NCBI GenBank assembly: GCA_030704615.1
Contig: CM060732.1
Location: 1,364,001-1,428,000 of the forward strand
DNA from: Takakia lepidozioides
Lineage: Eukaryota; Plantae; Bryophyta
Direction: 5' to 3'
DNA length: 64,000 nt
Under the pieces are notes generated by a model that did no database searches, was not told where the DNA came from, and saw nothing but the letters and a program-made list of their open reading frames with translations. Shown piece after piece: positions 1 through 13,969 of the stretch. Made by a program: the position numbers and the translations under genes. Position 1 is the stretch's first letter. Every line of letters begins with the position of its first letter.

Positions 1-2861
1 AGTAAGAGCCTGCAGTGGAAGGAGAGTCGCAAAGGAAATGAAGGTCTGGCTGCCTGGCTTGTTAGATACTCGTCAGGCTGGGTGAGTCATCACCATAAGT
101 TGCAATATGATTTGCTGCACCATTATTTGTAATGCCGCATTAATCATCAACACACTTTCCTGAGACATTCTCAAAGAATCTCTGTTGGTTATTACTACCA
201 CAATCTCACCTTGTCTCCCAATCTGGGACCCCGGAATTATGGGCGTATGAATGTGTAATTTATCCGTGTAAGTACGTTATGTAGCTAGAGCTACACCACC
301 CCCAAACCGGATCGAAGCGCAGCGTCACTGGGTGGGCGGCAGCGCTGGGGCCCTCCTCTCAGTCACAACCCGAGAAAGAAGGTGCCCAAGAAACAGGACG
401 CGCCGGAATAGCGAAGTGTGAAGGTCTTCTGGACTACCTAGAGCAAGCTAGTAGGCTATCTCAACCACCAGGCCAGCACTCACCCCACACGTGTAATCCT
501 TACAAGCTGTAGTCCAACAAAAGTCCTCCTTCCCAACCCTTCTTCTCTCTTCCGCTGCTTTTACTCTTCAACTGCGCAACCGTGCCAGGGCACGCAAAGC
601 TGCAACAGCCCAGCTGTGGCCGACCATGGTTCTGCCCAAGTTACCTGCGTCACCTCCCTCCCTGCACTCCTGCGACGTGCGAGACGACTCTGATCACACA
701 CACACACTCTTGAAGGAGATTGCTACTTATTACGCTCCAGCAAGAGACCATGACCGTCTACAGAAAGTATCCAGGGTTAATAACTAGGGATGATAATAAC
801 TTGAATGTAGCTCCGATCCTACACTGCCGCCATTGAACTGAATGACACCACTGGTCTTTCATTCATTATCTGGTTACAATCTGAGGGTTGACGGTAAGGA
901 ATATGTGGTTCAACTTCAAACTGATTCCAGATGACTACAAATTTTGTCTTGACACTGATGAATGCTTTGGAAATGTAGTATAAGTTCTGCCCTATCCACA
1001 ATGCTTCCATTTCCATGTCCTACTTTTGCACTCTTCAATGCTGCAGAGCCTCATTAGGCTGAATAAGAATCACAACGTGCACGGGATTACTTGCCTACAA
1101 GAAGTGTGACATGGGCGATGTGGGCTGGCATCATGCTGCACGGAAGTGCCACGGAAGTGGGCGTGACTCGCTAAAGCCGCAAAATTCTATCACCATTCAA
1201 CCTTGCCAATTTATGATCCTACAGTTTTGGCGAACGAAATCTGACGGATGAGTTCTATGTGAGAAACACTTTTCCTTCACCCTGCCCTCACCGCTGGGAC
1301 TCGGCCGACTTCTGGCCTTTCCTCTTTCTCTTCATTCCTAAAAAACGCTTGTAACATATATGATATCTGACAGTTAAATGAATATTTCCATGCAGCGAGT
1401 CTTTTTGGGAAGAAGGAATATTAAAAACAGGTCAAGCTAAAATAACCCTTGCGGATTTGTCAAACTAGAATTAAGAAGGGTGGGATCCGTCCCGTCCCCG
1501 TTCACCAAAATAAACCCGCAACAGCGTAGGTACTGTGGGGCGTCCTCATCACCACGCCCTGCGATGAGAGCCAAGTTGATAACATCATTATTTCCACAAT
1601 GCCTTTATTATTGCGTCCCTGTGGGCAGGCCCTTTTCTTCTGGCCACACTGACCCCAGTACCCCACACTGCGCTGTGGAGCGAAGGGCGGCCCAACTTGT
1701 TTCCAAACGTCCCGCTCGCCCGGCCAGCCCAATCACGCGCCTGCTTCCTCGCCTGCTCGCCCCCCTTCCTCCACCCCCTCCCTCGCTCGCCCGCTCGCGC
1801 ACAGCGTCAGCGCCTCTGACCGAGCAGCTTGGGCTGGTCAAAACAGCCCAGCAAGCAACAAGCAACTGGAGGGGATGGAGACCCGTAACCGCGCACGAAT
1901 GTTGACGCGACGCGGTCGAATCACCACCGCGGGCGTGGAGTGCCGGATTGAATACCGCGACGGGGACGTCTGCGGTGGAGTGTGCGGCCTGCGTGCTGCT
2001 GGCTCCGTTGAGACCGTCGATTTTCGTGAGTGAGCGGTGCCCAAGGAGCCACGACTACGCGGCGGAGAGCGGCGGGCCCGCGCGGTGAGGGTGACGTCTC
2101 AGCCGCGCGGGCGGGCAGAGAGCGGGCGTGCACGGCGAGTAGACGGCGAACGTGCGCGGCGGCCGGGGGGCCGGCTTTCGTTGGTAGTTTCCGGTGGGGG
2201 AGGGATCCCGGGATTTGCCGACACGCGACGGCAGGCTGCGATTTCTCGTTTGGAATTTCCGGCCAGGCGGGACAAGTTAGGTCAGGCCGCTTTAGTGAGC
2301 ACGCCTGCTGTTCCCTCGTGGGGAGCCGTGCGGGCAGCCGGGCAGCGGTGCAAAGGTTGGGGTGTCCCGCGTGCGTTTCGTGCGTTTGGGTTGTAAAAAC
2401 TAAAAACAGGCGCGCGCCCGCTGCTGCCGCTCCCTGGCTGATATACGCGGACCGCCCCCTCGCTCTCCCTCTCTCATACCCTCCGCTTTCCCACACGGGA
2501 GCCCCCCTCGCGCACCCGCACCCTCACGCCCGAGAGGACGCTCAAAAGCGACCCCAGGTCAGGAATGGGGTGTCGGTGAGCAGGAGCAAGAGGTCTCGAG
2601 TGGCCCTGCGCATCCATCGATTCTGAGAGTCCCGTGTCCGGGCCGTGCCGGGCACTACGTCTTGCATTCATACAGACAGCGTCCTGCGAGCGGCACACAG
2701 CCTGTGCCTTGATGAGAGACTAGATTCCAGGTGGCTCACAGGCGTCCCTTGATGTAAGAGAGACAAGACTTGCCCTGACACTATATTGTGGCTCTCTATT
2801 GAGAACATGAGCAAGTCTTTCAATTGATGAGATAAAGGGAGCACGTGTAGTTGTGCACGGG

Positions 2862-2863
<2 letters not shown>

Positions 2864-2893
<30 letters not shown>
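2864..2893 (+). repeat. (GA)n microsatellite in the putative MATE 5' UTR; a (CT)n tract lies in the intron at ~3547-3579
   Basis: Dinucleotide runs seen directly. Confidence 0.9.
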
Positions 2894-2895
<2 letters not shown>

Positions 2896-3275
2896 AAGAA
2901 ATCCTTGCTGCAAGACGATACATTGTGTCATCCTCACCATATGAGTCGCATCATAGAGAAAGAGGGGAGGAACGTATCCGGAGGACAGAGCGAGAAGCAT
3001 ACAGACACGCGCAACTAGATGTTGTGAGACTTGCACAGGCGCGACGAAAGAAGATTTTGAACTGAGGCAGTTGAAGATGAAACGAGGAAGAGCGGTCGAG
3101 GTGGGGGCCGGATTGTTGGCATTGGGTCTGTCCATCGTGGCCGAGACTAGATAGGTCGGGCCCAAAGGGCTTGGCTTCACTCCGTCCCTGGGATATGCAC
3201 TGGAAGCAAATTGGAACGACGTCCCGTGTAGCTCACTTATCTCGCACGAAATCAAGATTGTCAAGCGCTGCAGAC

Positions 3276-3544
3276 ATGTGCCACCATACCCACTGCGAGT
3301 GTGGGACACCGACCAGCGACGAAAAGACTGGCAATGCGATTCCTTCATCATCCCCGGATGTGGCCTCGTCCAAAGGGGCGTTTGTGCTGCCCATACTGCT
3401 GTCACCTTCTACTGCTCCTGCAGAATTAGTTGTAGACCCCCGACAGTCCGGGGATTTGAAAGACTCTGATGAAGCCCGCGAACTGCACCGCTGGCCCTCT
3501 CTACTTGAGGTGCGTTGTGCCGACCTTCCCGTACTCCCTCCCTG

Positions 3545-3582
<38 letters not shown>

Positions 3583-6399
3583 GCACCGTTTCTTTGGTCT
3601 GGTTTGCTGTTATATAAAAGTTTGATCATTCTAGATTCAAGTCATCCACGGTTCTCACGCTGAGTTTCTCTGGGAAAGAAGTGTGGATGTTGAAGAAAGT
3701 TGGAAGTGATCAATAAGTGATCGGTTGTCTAGCTAGAAGTGGCCCATACAAAATTGCTATCCTACAACCGCTTTGCAGCAGTCAGTCCCTCAAATGGATC
3801 CAGAGCATTCATCTGGCGGATTCTGACTTGGGTAGAGAAAATCCTAAAGCCAACTACTTGGTAGCTCGAGAAGCTCAATCGACTGGCTTGAAAGTTCACG
3901 CTAGAACTTCATTTCTTGTGTTACAGCACTTTAGTGTCGTTCACCTGCACATGTACAAGAGAACCAACTGGGATAGACAACTACTAGTCCAGTGCTTGCT
4001 GACTTGTGGATGTGTCTCGCAAGTCGCCACACTAGTTTCGAGTTTGCCATCGCTAATGCGCCAACGCTTCGTGCGATATTTTCCGGAACCTGTCGAGCTT
4101 TATTACATGTTAACTATTTTGGAGTCTCTGTATTCTGGTGTGTACAGCTCCTCCAAGCTGCTTGCTGCCCTTGTCAACGTTGGTGGAACTGACCTTCATG
4201 TTGGAGCTAATTGACAGTTCAAGATTTTTTTTAGAGGAATCCCCCGTTGCTTTAGAGCCTTTGGTTGTCGATCACACTTCTCTGGGGTAAATGGGTTTGA
4301 TGACAAAGATGGTACCAGATATGGCTGCTATGAATGGGCTTTGCTTGATTCAAGGACTCATGTTACCGCACATGGACGTCATTCCAGTAACCCGCAACTG
4401 GGCGTGTGCAAATTTTGCTTTCAAAAGAAGCGTTATCATTAATGTCTCGGGCAAGCTGCAGGGTAACCAACATGGTGCTTTTACATCGTTAGAGACTGGA
4501 GTCCTCCACTTGTGTGCAAGGAATATTGGAGCTCTCAAGTGAGGAGTTTAGCTCGTCTGCCTCATGCAATTGCGGTGCTCCATGAAAGAGATACCCTATT
4601 CCATGACAGTGCAATGTAGAGGGGGTTCTATGTGCTTAAATTGTGTTTGTTAGGAATTCTTATTTGCCACCTACAAGCGTTCACACATCGGAAGTCTAAC
4701 ATTCGTGTGGACTGGCGGAAGAGATGTCTCAGGCCAAGGCCAGAGCAAGGATTTGGGGGGTGAGGGAAGGAGAGTATAACACGGCCCATATATATGGACG
4801 TAAATTGCAAGAGCAAAGCTGCCAAGGTGACCCAGAAAGGGTGCCTAACAATATTTTGTCGTGTACCTGCAGGTGGCGGATGAGCTGAGACAAATGAGCA
4901 GGATAGCAGGGCCCATGGTGGTCATGGGACTCGTATTGTATGCTCGTGCCATGATTTCCATGCTGTTCTTGGGCCGTCTTGGTGAGCTAGAGCTTGCTGG
5001 GGGCTCTCTCTCCATAGGGTTCGCAAATATCACAGGTTATTCAGTGCTTGCAGGACTGGCAATGGGAATGGAACCGATATGTGGTCAGGCCTGTGGAGCC
5101 AAGAGGTGGAACCTCATGGGGCTCGCATTACAACGAACGATCATGGTGCTGCTGTGCGCCTGTGTCCCCATAGGCTTTCTTTGGATCAATATGCAGCGAA
5201 TTCTTCTCTGGTGTGGGCAGGATGAGGGCATTACGAGCATGGCCCACACATACCTGCTCTTCTCCCTGCCTGACTTGCTGGCGCAGGCAGTTCTCAATCC
5301 CCTCAGAATCTACCTTCGCACACAAAATATCATTGCACCACTGACTTGGTGTGCCACCCTCGCCTTGCTCTTCCATGTCCCTATCAACCTCCTCCTCGTT
5401 TATGGCTTGAAGATGCGGGTGAGAGGGGTGGCACTGGCTGCATGCTGGACGGACTTCAACCTCGTGATTCTTCTGCTTGGCTATTTGTGGTGGTCAGGGA
5501 GGTACAAGAAGTCATGGGATGGGTGGTCAATCGAGTGCTTGAGGGAGTGGAGGCCATTGCTCAACCTGGCAATTCCGAGCTGTATCTCGGTGTGCCTTGA
5601 ATGGTGGTGGTATGAGTTCATGATCATACTGTCGGGACTCTTAATCGATGCGAAAGCCACAGTTGCGACGATGGGTATCCTCATTCAGACAACCGCATTG
5701 GTCTACATTTTCCCTTCCGCTTTGAGCCTTGCTGTTTCTACGAGAGTGGGAAACGAACTCGGGGCAAATCGACCGGCGAAGGCACGCACGGCAATGCTGG
5801 TTGCCCTGGGCTGTGCAGGAGTAGTCGCCATCCTAGCTGCAACTTTCACGACGACGATGCGGCATATGTGGGGCTGGATGTTCACGGCAGACAAACAAAT
5901 CCTCTCTCTCACCGCCATAGCCATGCCCATTGTCGGTCTGTGTGAGCTGGGAAACTGTCCTCAAACAACTGGCTGCGGTGTTCTGCGGGGGAGCGCAAGG
6001 CCCACCATCGGGGCTAATATAAACTTGGGCTCCTTCTACTTCGTCGGCATGCCCATAGCCATGATACTGGGGTTCCTCTTCAAGGTAGGGTTTGTAGGTC
6101 TCTGGTTCGGTTTACTGGCTGCCCAGTATACTTGTGCAGCACTGATGCTCTTCGTGCTGCTTCGGACAGACTGGACCTTGCAAGCATCACGGGCCCAGCA
6201 ACTAACCGGAACACAAACAGACCTACAGACTCTTTGTAAGGACGGCACGGAAGAAGCTGGGGACACCAAGGGGGAGAGGACCAAGAGATACATGGACGAG
6301 AGGTTTAGAGTGGACGACCAGGAAAAGGAGGCTTTGATCTCTATAAAAGTCATGCAATTGCAAGACTCAAGCGTCAATGAAGTGGATATTAAGATGTGA
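3276..6399 (+). CDS. MATE/DETOXIFICATION efflux transporter, DTX48-52-like clade; join(3276..3509,4873..6399), about 586 aa
   Basis: ORF 4861-6399 has MATE signatures (LGELELAGGSLSIGFANITGYSVLAGLAMGMEPICGQA, CLEWWWYE, GLCELGNCPQTTGCGVLRGSARP). The upstream ORF gives MCHH...RWPSLLE ending at GAG|GTGCG (donor 3510). The acceptor CTGCAG|GTG at 4872 restores RWPSLLE-VADELRQM in phase 0. Confidence 0.93.
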
Positions 6400-9300
6400 G
6401 TGCGAAGTAGAACCGTAGCTGCTCTGTGCACATTGATCAAACAAACTAGTAAATAACGTAGCCCCTAGCTGATAGATAGAAGCAGCAGTGTCCAGCTCAA
6501 GCCAGGGCGTTGTTGCCCGCGGCCGGGATGTGTATGATGGTTTTGGTACAACACCTGTAAGAGAGAAGAAGCCACCTAAAAATTGTGTAGAAATGGGAGC
6601 TCCATTCTTTTGAGGAAGCATCGCCTCATGCTTCGCTCATATGACACCTCTGAGTGCTTGGTGCCTGAGGGGTATCTCAGCCCCCCTCAATCAGTTTAGA
6701 TAACTCGGGGGGTTTAGTTTCACGAGAGGTGGGCTCAGTCCCAAAGGGACTGGAGAAGGGATGTCCACGCAAGACCTTGTCACACACCAATGTTCAGGGC
6801 CTAATACCTCGAAACCGTTTTAGAGAAAGTTTACTATGTAAATGAAAATGGGTGATCTTTCAACTATCCTCTCCCTCCACCGCACACTTGACTGCCAAGG
6901 TGAGTGATCCTGATTGAACCTCTGGGCAGTTCTTTGGCTGGCATATGATTGATGAGGAGATGGCCCCAGGGGTTCCAATCACTGCTCTGGTAAAATCTTG
7001 CTTTGTGCTGAGTTGCGATCTGCTTTGCAAGAGTGTGGTCCAATCTGTGATATCCATCTGTAGACATGAGTTACACCGCGCTCCTTCATTAGGAGATTGT
7101 GTCTGACACGACACATTCTCAAGGCTGTCAGGGTCAATTCTTGTTACAGTCGATAGCATAACGGCTTGTGTGTGGTCAAGGGTTCCTCTGGCACCTCCGT
7201 AAGAGGCGACAAGTCTTGTTCTATGTACTGGATGATGAGTTGGAGGGTGGACCTACCTGTGTGCGAGGATGTTCCATCACTGGTTCAGCTTGCATGGACT
7301 CACCCAATGTAATGTAGGAGGGACGTTTACACGAGATCTTCCAGTCCCAAGAACTCTACAACCACCACTCAAGGCATGTCAGCTGGTGGCGTCTAGCCAG
7401 CTCCATGTAATGATGAGAATATGATGCATAATGATGCACTCACTCAAACTCAACCAGGTGCACGGAAAACCCCAGCGGCCCCCCCCCGGCCCCCCGCCCC
7501 CTGACTCTTGTTCAAAGATTTGCGAAACCTTCCAAGCCGACAGGGGGAGAAGGAAAAGAGATTCAAAGAAAGCAGAAAAGCCTGCTCATGGCTGGTCAAG
7601 AAGAGGGCGCTACAGCAATAATGGCCCCAGACCTGGCTGTACACCTTGCACCTCTGATCTGCAATAACGAACTGCCTCTTACAAGGGGCAGATGCAGGAG
7701 CTTCAACTCCGTGATCATCATCATCACTGCGGGACGTCCAACCTGCATCCTCCCTGCACGAGCTCTCTCTGCCACCATTGTTTCCTCTCCTCTCTTCTTT
7801 GGCCCCCTCCAATCTTGTGTCATTCTTTTTTTTTCACTCTTGGCAAACCCAGAGTTGCTGAATCAGTGCCACCCGGCTTTAGTTAGGGTCTCTTTATTGG
7901 CTTTATATTTCCCTTTGTTTATGGGGTATTACTTCTCCACTTATTAGAGATAAGTTCACAAGTTCACAAGTTCTTGTGTAAACTCTTGTACAGTCACCTC
8001 ATTTGGGTCTTTCATATAAAGCTTTACAGTTCCTTATCTTCCCTCAGGTCCCTGTGGCCATGAGCCTTTAAAAACAAAAAACACCTGGAAGCGATGCTCA
8101 CTCACAAATCACGAAAAATAACCTCTTTCAAAGTAACCTTGCCATGAGGCGCGGCCGAGCGCTACAAGGCTTGTGGGACACTTCCGGAAATACCACACAC
8201 AACTTATTTCAAAAAGGGGATACACACGGGAGCGACCTCTCACAAATTCAGACCGCATGGTTAGAGTGGTATTACAGAGAGTGCAAAAACTAAGTAATGT
8301 CACAATAAGAGTAGCAGGATTTGTAGCTACGCACTTGACTGGCTACTAACTGGTGACTGTTTTCTCTACTTTTTTCCTTTCCTTCCGTACCTTCGTCGTG
8401 GGTGAGCTTTGTAATTTGTGGCCTCAGATTTGTCCTACTCTCAGATGTGGGGCAAGAACGTGGATACGGATTAAAAAAAAACATCTAGGGAGTAACTACA
8501 ATATGACTTTTCTTTTGTAAACGTAGAGAATTGTTTCTCTCATTGGGCCGACAGTTTAGAATTATGTTTGATTCCATGGGTGCATGATTGGTTGGGCCAA
8601 TAATCATACAACATTTTGCCAAAGGCCACTCAAAGAGTGGAAAGCTTGACTCCTGCCGAAGCAAGCGTCAATTATGATGTCACTTCGCCCCGACCAAACA
8701 AGTTCCGTTGGGATTATTGAAATACATGGATATATACAGTAGAAAAAATAAACCAAACAAACAAGACTAGCACATGGACTTGTAATAGTATAGTTCTGAG
8801 ATCATGGCCCCGTGGTTGGAGCGCAAAGCTATTTTTCAAGTGGTCGTGGGTTCAAAGCCAGAGCATGTTGGATATCATAGACTAATGTGGAAAAGGGGTG
8901 ACTGGTCATCTGGTGACCTAATGGGTGAATATGTGGGGCCTTTCGACATCCTTGCAGGGAGGTTTGGGCAGCCGTATTCTTGGTCTCGACCTGGGATTCT
9001 CTTCTAGACCACAAAGCATCCCCTCTCCAAGACAGGTTGCTTAGAGATGGACCCCATTAAATCACCTTGCAGAAAATGTTGGATCCACCATGCCTGTCCT
9101 CTCTAAGAGAGAGAGAGAGAAGACTCCGGCCAAAGCTGGCGTAACTAAGAGCCACTTCGCCGGCTACTGCCCCCTTTCGGGGGTAGGCCCTATAAAGAAA
9201 ACAAGTGTCCAGGGGACACCGGGTAACCAGGGGGAGGTAGTAAATATGGTAGCGGTGATCCGGGGGTATCCCAGGGTACCATGGGGTATCGCAGAGGGGT

Positions 9301-9609
9301 TGGACTGATGATGGTAGTGAGGGAGCGAAGCGGGGGGTTGCTATTCCATGAGCTCATGAGCCATGAGCCATGAGCTCATGAGCGGGCATGGCTCACCCAT
9401 GAGCCGCCAAGTAACACACTTCGAATTTCGGCAGATTTTTTTCGGGCCCAAAACGATAAAATAATCGAAAGTAGTATAAGAAGATAAGGTTTTCGAAGAT
9501 TTCCGTGCTCATGCTGGAAGCACTCCGCTCATAAGTACCAGTATCCGCTCATGACTTGGAGCCCAAGCTCATGGACTGCCAGGCCAGGTCATAGAAAAAC
9601 AGAATTCTG

Positions 9610-10090
9610 GCCAATAATGGCACCGAAATTACCCCAGAGGAAGGGACGCAAGCGGAATTAGGATCCGGGTTTGCAGACTCCGAAAACGCAATGGCGACCT
9701 ATAACCGTGGATAGTACTGTTGCAGAAGTGCAAGATGGTTAGGTATAACGGCACCGTAATTGGGCACAGGAAAAGAAATAGCCGGCTGAAGGCTCGGGAG
9801 TGACGCCAATAACGGTGCCGAAATTGGGCGCCGCCAACCAAATACCCAACTGAAGCCTCCGGAGTGCAGCCAATAACGGCGCCGAAATTGGGGTCCGGAA
9901 ACCAAATACCCGGCTGAAGGCTCGGGAGTGCAACCTATAACGGCGCCGAAATTGGGCTCCGGAAACAAAATTCTTGGCTGAAGCTTCCGCAGTCCATCCA
10001 ATAACGGCGCCGAAATTGGGCTCCGGAGAGCAAATACACGGCTTACGGTGAGGGAGTTTTGCCAATAATGGCGCCGAAATTGAGGATAGG
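9610..10090. repeat. Subterminal ~60-bp tandem repeat carrying CCAAT-AAC-GGCGCC-GAA-ATTGG
   Basis: About 8 copies of AATAACGGCGCCGAAATTGG, most spaced ~60 bp apart. Confidence 0.9.
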
Positions 10091-10307
10091 GCCGACAAGT
10101 GCCAGATGCAAACTGTCCTGAAACTGACGCGGATTTGTCTAATAAAAGCACACATGTCGGAGGAAATTCAAGTTCTGCCGCATACGACATTGGTAGTGCA
10201 GCAATGATATATCCCTCTTCCGTCGGCCTCGCTCTCATTTTGCTCTTCACTCTTCTCTTCTGTGCCTATCTCATCCCTGCTTCGTGTTCTTGCTGTGTCG
10301 TGAGGCC

Positions 10308-10850
10308 ATGTCGTGCCCGAATCACATCTATCGACGCCAGACGGGACTCATTGTCCCGAAAGCAGACGACATCATTGTCTTCCTAGATGTTTACAGGGAC
10401 GATCCTCGACTTGTCCAACTGAGAGCAATGGAGTTTCTTCCAGGATTGCACGATTCTCCTGGACCCCGGCTGGGGAGCAGGTGGTTCCTGTGCATCATGG
10501 ACCTGGACTTTCCGCTTGACTGGGAGCTGAACAGATCACACACAACGTTGTTGTATCGCTTGAACTGTTGCGAGTGGACGTATGATGAGTGCATAGGTGA
10601 AAACTTCACGGGTGGACGGACTGGCTCGGAAAGTGGGGACATTCTCTTCAGTTATGAGGATGAGGAGGAGGGGAACACAGGGCCCACTGTGAAAATGTCT
10701 TTCTACAAAGGGGGCGCTATCGATAAACACGACATCCTCGTTAATTTCAACCGGGCGACAGAAACCGCTGACATTTTGTTCAAATATCGGCACCCGGTCA
10801 CTTAGGAGGTCCTTAAGAGGCCCGTTCGAGTTCCTTCTTTTTGGGCGAGG
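10308..10850 (+). pseudogene. Accessory 'gene X' copy 1 (unknown function), probably with a premature stop at 10803
   Basis: Shares LRAMEFLPG, WFLCIMD, CCEWTY..CIGE, GDI, KMSFYKGGAIDKHD and YRHPVT with three other copies. Homology continues past the TAG (EVLKRPVRVP versus ELVLRAVEVP). Confidence 0.75.
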
Positions 10851-11699
10851 GGACCATAGGTCTTGCATGCTAGAGTAGACATGTTTCTACTCGCGGACAC
10901 TCATGGCACATACATTTTGCTTCAGAAATCAAGTAGCTTCCCTGTGCCATATGGGGAATATACATGCTTGGATAATCATTTGTTAAGGTTTTTTGCAATT
11001 CACTGCCAGTATGTTGGGACGTGTCCTTTGTCGTATGGATTGTTGTGTGCACAAGGTGCAGTATGCAAATGCTGGAATGTGCAGTAGGACCCTTCCCACT
11101 GGGACACAGAACTTGCAATCTTGTAAAGGCATCACATTTGCAGAACAGTGTCAATGTATTGGTAGCGAATCGGAGTTTTCTCATAAAGGTGGATGAAAAC
11201 GCCAGGCTGCGAAATCAACACAAAATGAATGAAGAGCAGTAACAAGGAAGCACTATGCAGTGTACAGACAAATAACGGCGCTGAAATAGGCCACAATGCC
11301 CGTGTATCTCCACACAATGTATGCTTTCCTCGGATCCATTAATAGACATAATCAAAATAAAAAAACATGCCCATGCCATTCACGGCCAAAAACCACATTC
11401 TCATGTATTGCGGCACCGAAATGTACCTGGTTCAGGTGTCAAACTAAACTTGACACCTGATTTAACACTTGACCTAAATCCAAGTGTTAAATACAAATAA
11501 CTAGCTTTATTCTAGTTGTTTTCACACTGTGCTTATTTAACTTGACATCCTCATACTTAACACTGCGACCTAACAACCCTACATTCAAGCACATTCATCA
11601 TAATTCATCCTAATCATTCATTCATCCATCATTCATTCATTCATTCACAGGGTGTGGCTTAGTGGCCGCGAGCAATTATATGTTGACACGTCGTCATTT

Positions 11700-12950
11700 G
11701 CAATCACATCCTGCATCTGTTTCATCCATTTATGTTTGCATCGTCCACGTAGACACTCCTTGGGCAACCGACAATCGCTACGTGCAGTCATGAATACTGG
11801 CAGTCATACATTCCCATGCCCACGTCATTCTGTTGCAGTTTTGGCCATAACTCCTAGTCGTATCTACCATCTTCCCCAATCTGGTCAAACGTGTTTGACT
11901 GCAGATCCTGACGTGGCGGAGGTACAAGGTGGCATATACGACTTCTGGTGGTCACAATTGGCAACCAGGACTGCCCCCTTACATTTTGTAGACATATATG
12001 CTACGACTGGGCAAATGTGGCAAACGTTAAAGCCGGGACCTGTTGTAGTGATATAGTCGCCGAATTGGAGGAAACAATAATGCCACCATGCTAGCTAACT
12101 GACCATTGCTCCCTCATCTGATTTCTTTACAGCATCTGACGTTGTCCACCAAGCCCGTATACATGCAAACTGTGTCTCTGCATCATCCAAGGTGGGAGCA
12201 CGCTTCCACGCAAGACACATGGAACGGTGCTCCTCTCTGAATTCTGGCGCCACGAGCCTGGTTGTGTACTGCGACAAGCTCTGCAACAAATGGAACCCAC
12301 AAGATCTCTCCTTGCCTTCCATTGGAACATTGGGGTCTTCCCCGTACACCCTTCGGATGGCAGCCCAATTTGCTTCTGCGTTGTCCGCCATGAAACCACG
12401 GAAATTGGGCGGGGGCAATCCCGCCCTGGCCATCTATTCATTTATTCCCTGCCAAAGAAGCATCTCCGATTGTGTGTCCTCCCCTTTCATCTCACAAATA
12501 GCAATTGTCATTAGCATCCTGCAGTAGGGGTCGTAGACATGTGCACCCATTGTCACTCACTGGTGATTTGTAATTCGCTTGATATGGTCGAACATGACCC
12601 AACTGTCTGACAAGTCCCCACTCGTCATCCGGTGGACCAGTTCCACGCCGCTGCCAGGCCCACACGTTGACATTTTGAATATGAAACAACGATTTGCCTC
12701 AGTCCCTACTTCCATGAATGTAGTCATATCCACATCGTCGTTTCATCTCCAGAATGGAGTGCATATCCGAGCCTCGCCCAATTCTCTGTTTGCAGGAGAC
12801 AATGTGGTTTCGGACATTTGGTGAACAGACGTGGGACACTGACTCCAGCAAGGCCTCCATTTCCTTCTCATCGAGAGGGACTCTGTCGGAGCCATCTTCT
12901 GACATAATTCTGCCCAATGCCATCTTATGGGCGGCCTACAGCTGTATCTG
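11700..12950 (-). pseudogene. Mutator-like (MULE) DDE transposase core, decayed
   Basis: Joined frames read SWVMFDHIKR...HVYDPYCRMLMTIAICEMKGED...NFRGFMADNAEANWAAIRRVYG...ERSCGFHLLQSL. These give the first Asp, the second Asp and the CxxH motif of Mutator-type transposases. Stops and frameshifts are present. The left boundary is approximate. Confidence 0.8.
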
Positions 12951-12954
12951 TTTT

Positions 12955-13715
12955 TCCCCGGATGGAAAAATGGTGTCGAATCTCCATCCGAGGAGGGAGA
13001 GGCCGACACGTGGCTGCCAGAGTTCATCCCCCGGATGGAAAAATGGCGCCAAATTTCCATCCGAGGGCGCTCGGATGAAGTCGTCTCCATGGGGGAGGCC
13101 GACACGTGGCTGCCAGAGTCCATCCCCCGCATGGAAAAATGGCGCCGAATTTCCATCTGAGGGGCTCGGATGAAGTGGTCTCCGGGGGAGAGGCCGACAT
13201 GTGGATGCCAGAGTTGACTTCATCCAAGCGCCCTCGGATGGAAATTTGGCGCCATTTTTCCATCCGGGGGATGGATTCTGGCATCCACGTGTCGGCCTCT
13301 CCCCCGGAAACGACTTCATCCGAGCGCCCTCGGATGGAAATTCGGCGCCATTTTTCCATCCGGGGGATGGATTCTGGCATCCACGTGTCGCCCTCGAATG
13401 GAAATTCGGCGTCATTTTTCCATCCGGGGGATGAACTCTGGAAGCCACGTGTCGGCCTCCCCCATGGAGACGACTTCATCCAAGCGCCCTCGGATGGAAA
13501 TTTGGCGCCATTTTTCCATCCGGGGGATGCACTCTGGCATCCACGTGTCGGCCTCTCCCCCGAAGACGACTTCATCTGAGCGCCCTCGGATGGAAATTCG
13601 GCACCATTTGTCCATCCGGGGAATGAACTCTGGCAGCCACGTCATGTCGGCCTCTCCCCCGGAGACGACTTCATCCGAGCCCCCTCGGATGGAAATTTGG
13701 TGTCATTTTTCCACA
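12955..13715. repeat. ~96-bp tandem array of GGATGGAAA-TTC-GGCGCC-ATT-TTTCCATCC that switches orientation at ~13215
   Basis: About 3 units in one orientation, then about 6 in reverse complement. The same unit occurs at 32150-32385. Confidence 0.92.
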
Positions 13716-13969
13716 AAGTGGAGGCACGCAGCTTTACACTCTAAAGGAGTTGGTGCCTGGTTCCCTGGACTTCGAGAAAGTGACTGCTGCCATACCTCTC
13801 TTTAGCAGTGCCGTTGAGGTCCAGAATCCCCTAATCTGCTTCCGGGGAATTGATGGGTTTGTGTGCCTGTCCCTCCCTCCCCTTTTCTTTCATAATACAC
13901 CGTGTCAAAGGAATACAATTCGAGTATGAAGACAATCTCAGGTTCTAAGTCAGCAATGATTCAATCACC

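Larger units (their letters stand above)
9332..13715. mobile_element. Element A: partial Mutator-like DNA transposon (left terminus, gene X, transposase core, palindrome array)
   Basis: Begins GGGGGGTTGCTATTCCATGAGC plus ATGAGC repeats, matching the termini at 18329, 27991 and 38033 (reverse complement). Contains a DDE transposase remnant and the family arrays. No right terminus found. Confidence 0.8.

Noticed and set aside
120-820. Possible LTR remnant with a PBS-like reverse complement (ACTCTGATCACA, ~687)
   Set aside because: Imperfect match, with no paired LTR or coding support.
1480-3405. GC-rich ORFs upstream of the MATE gene, including possible uORFs at 2807 and 2941
   Set aside because: Promoter/UTR-like sequence with no recognisable homology. 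uORF conservation cannot be shown from this window.
12743-13805. Many overlapping ORFs across the palindrome arrays (also 20695-21926 and 26882-27837)
   Set aside because: These are translations of stop-poor tandem repeats open in several frames on both strands.
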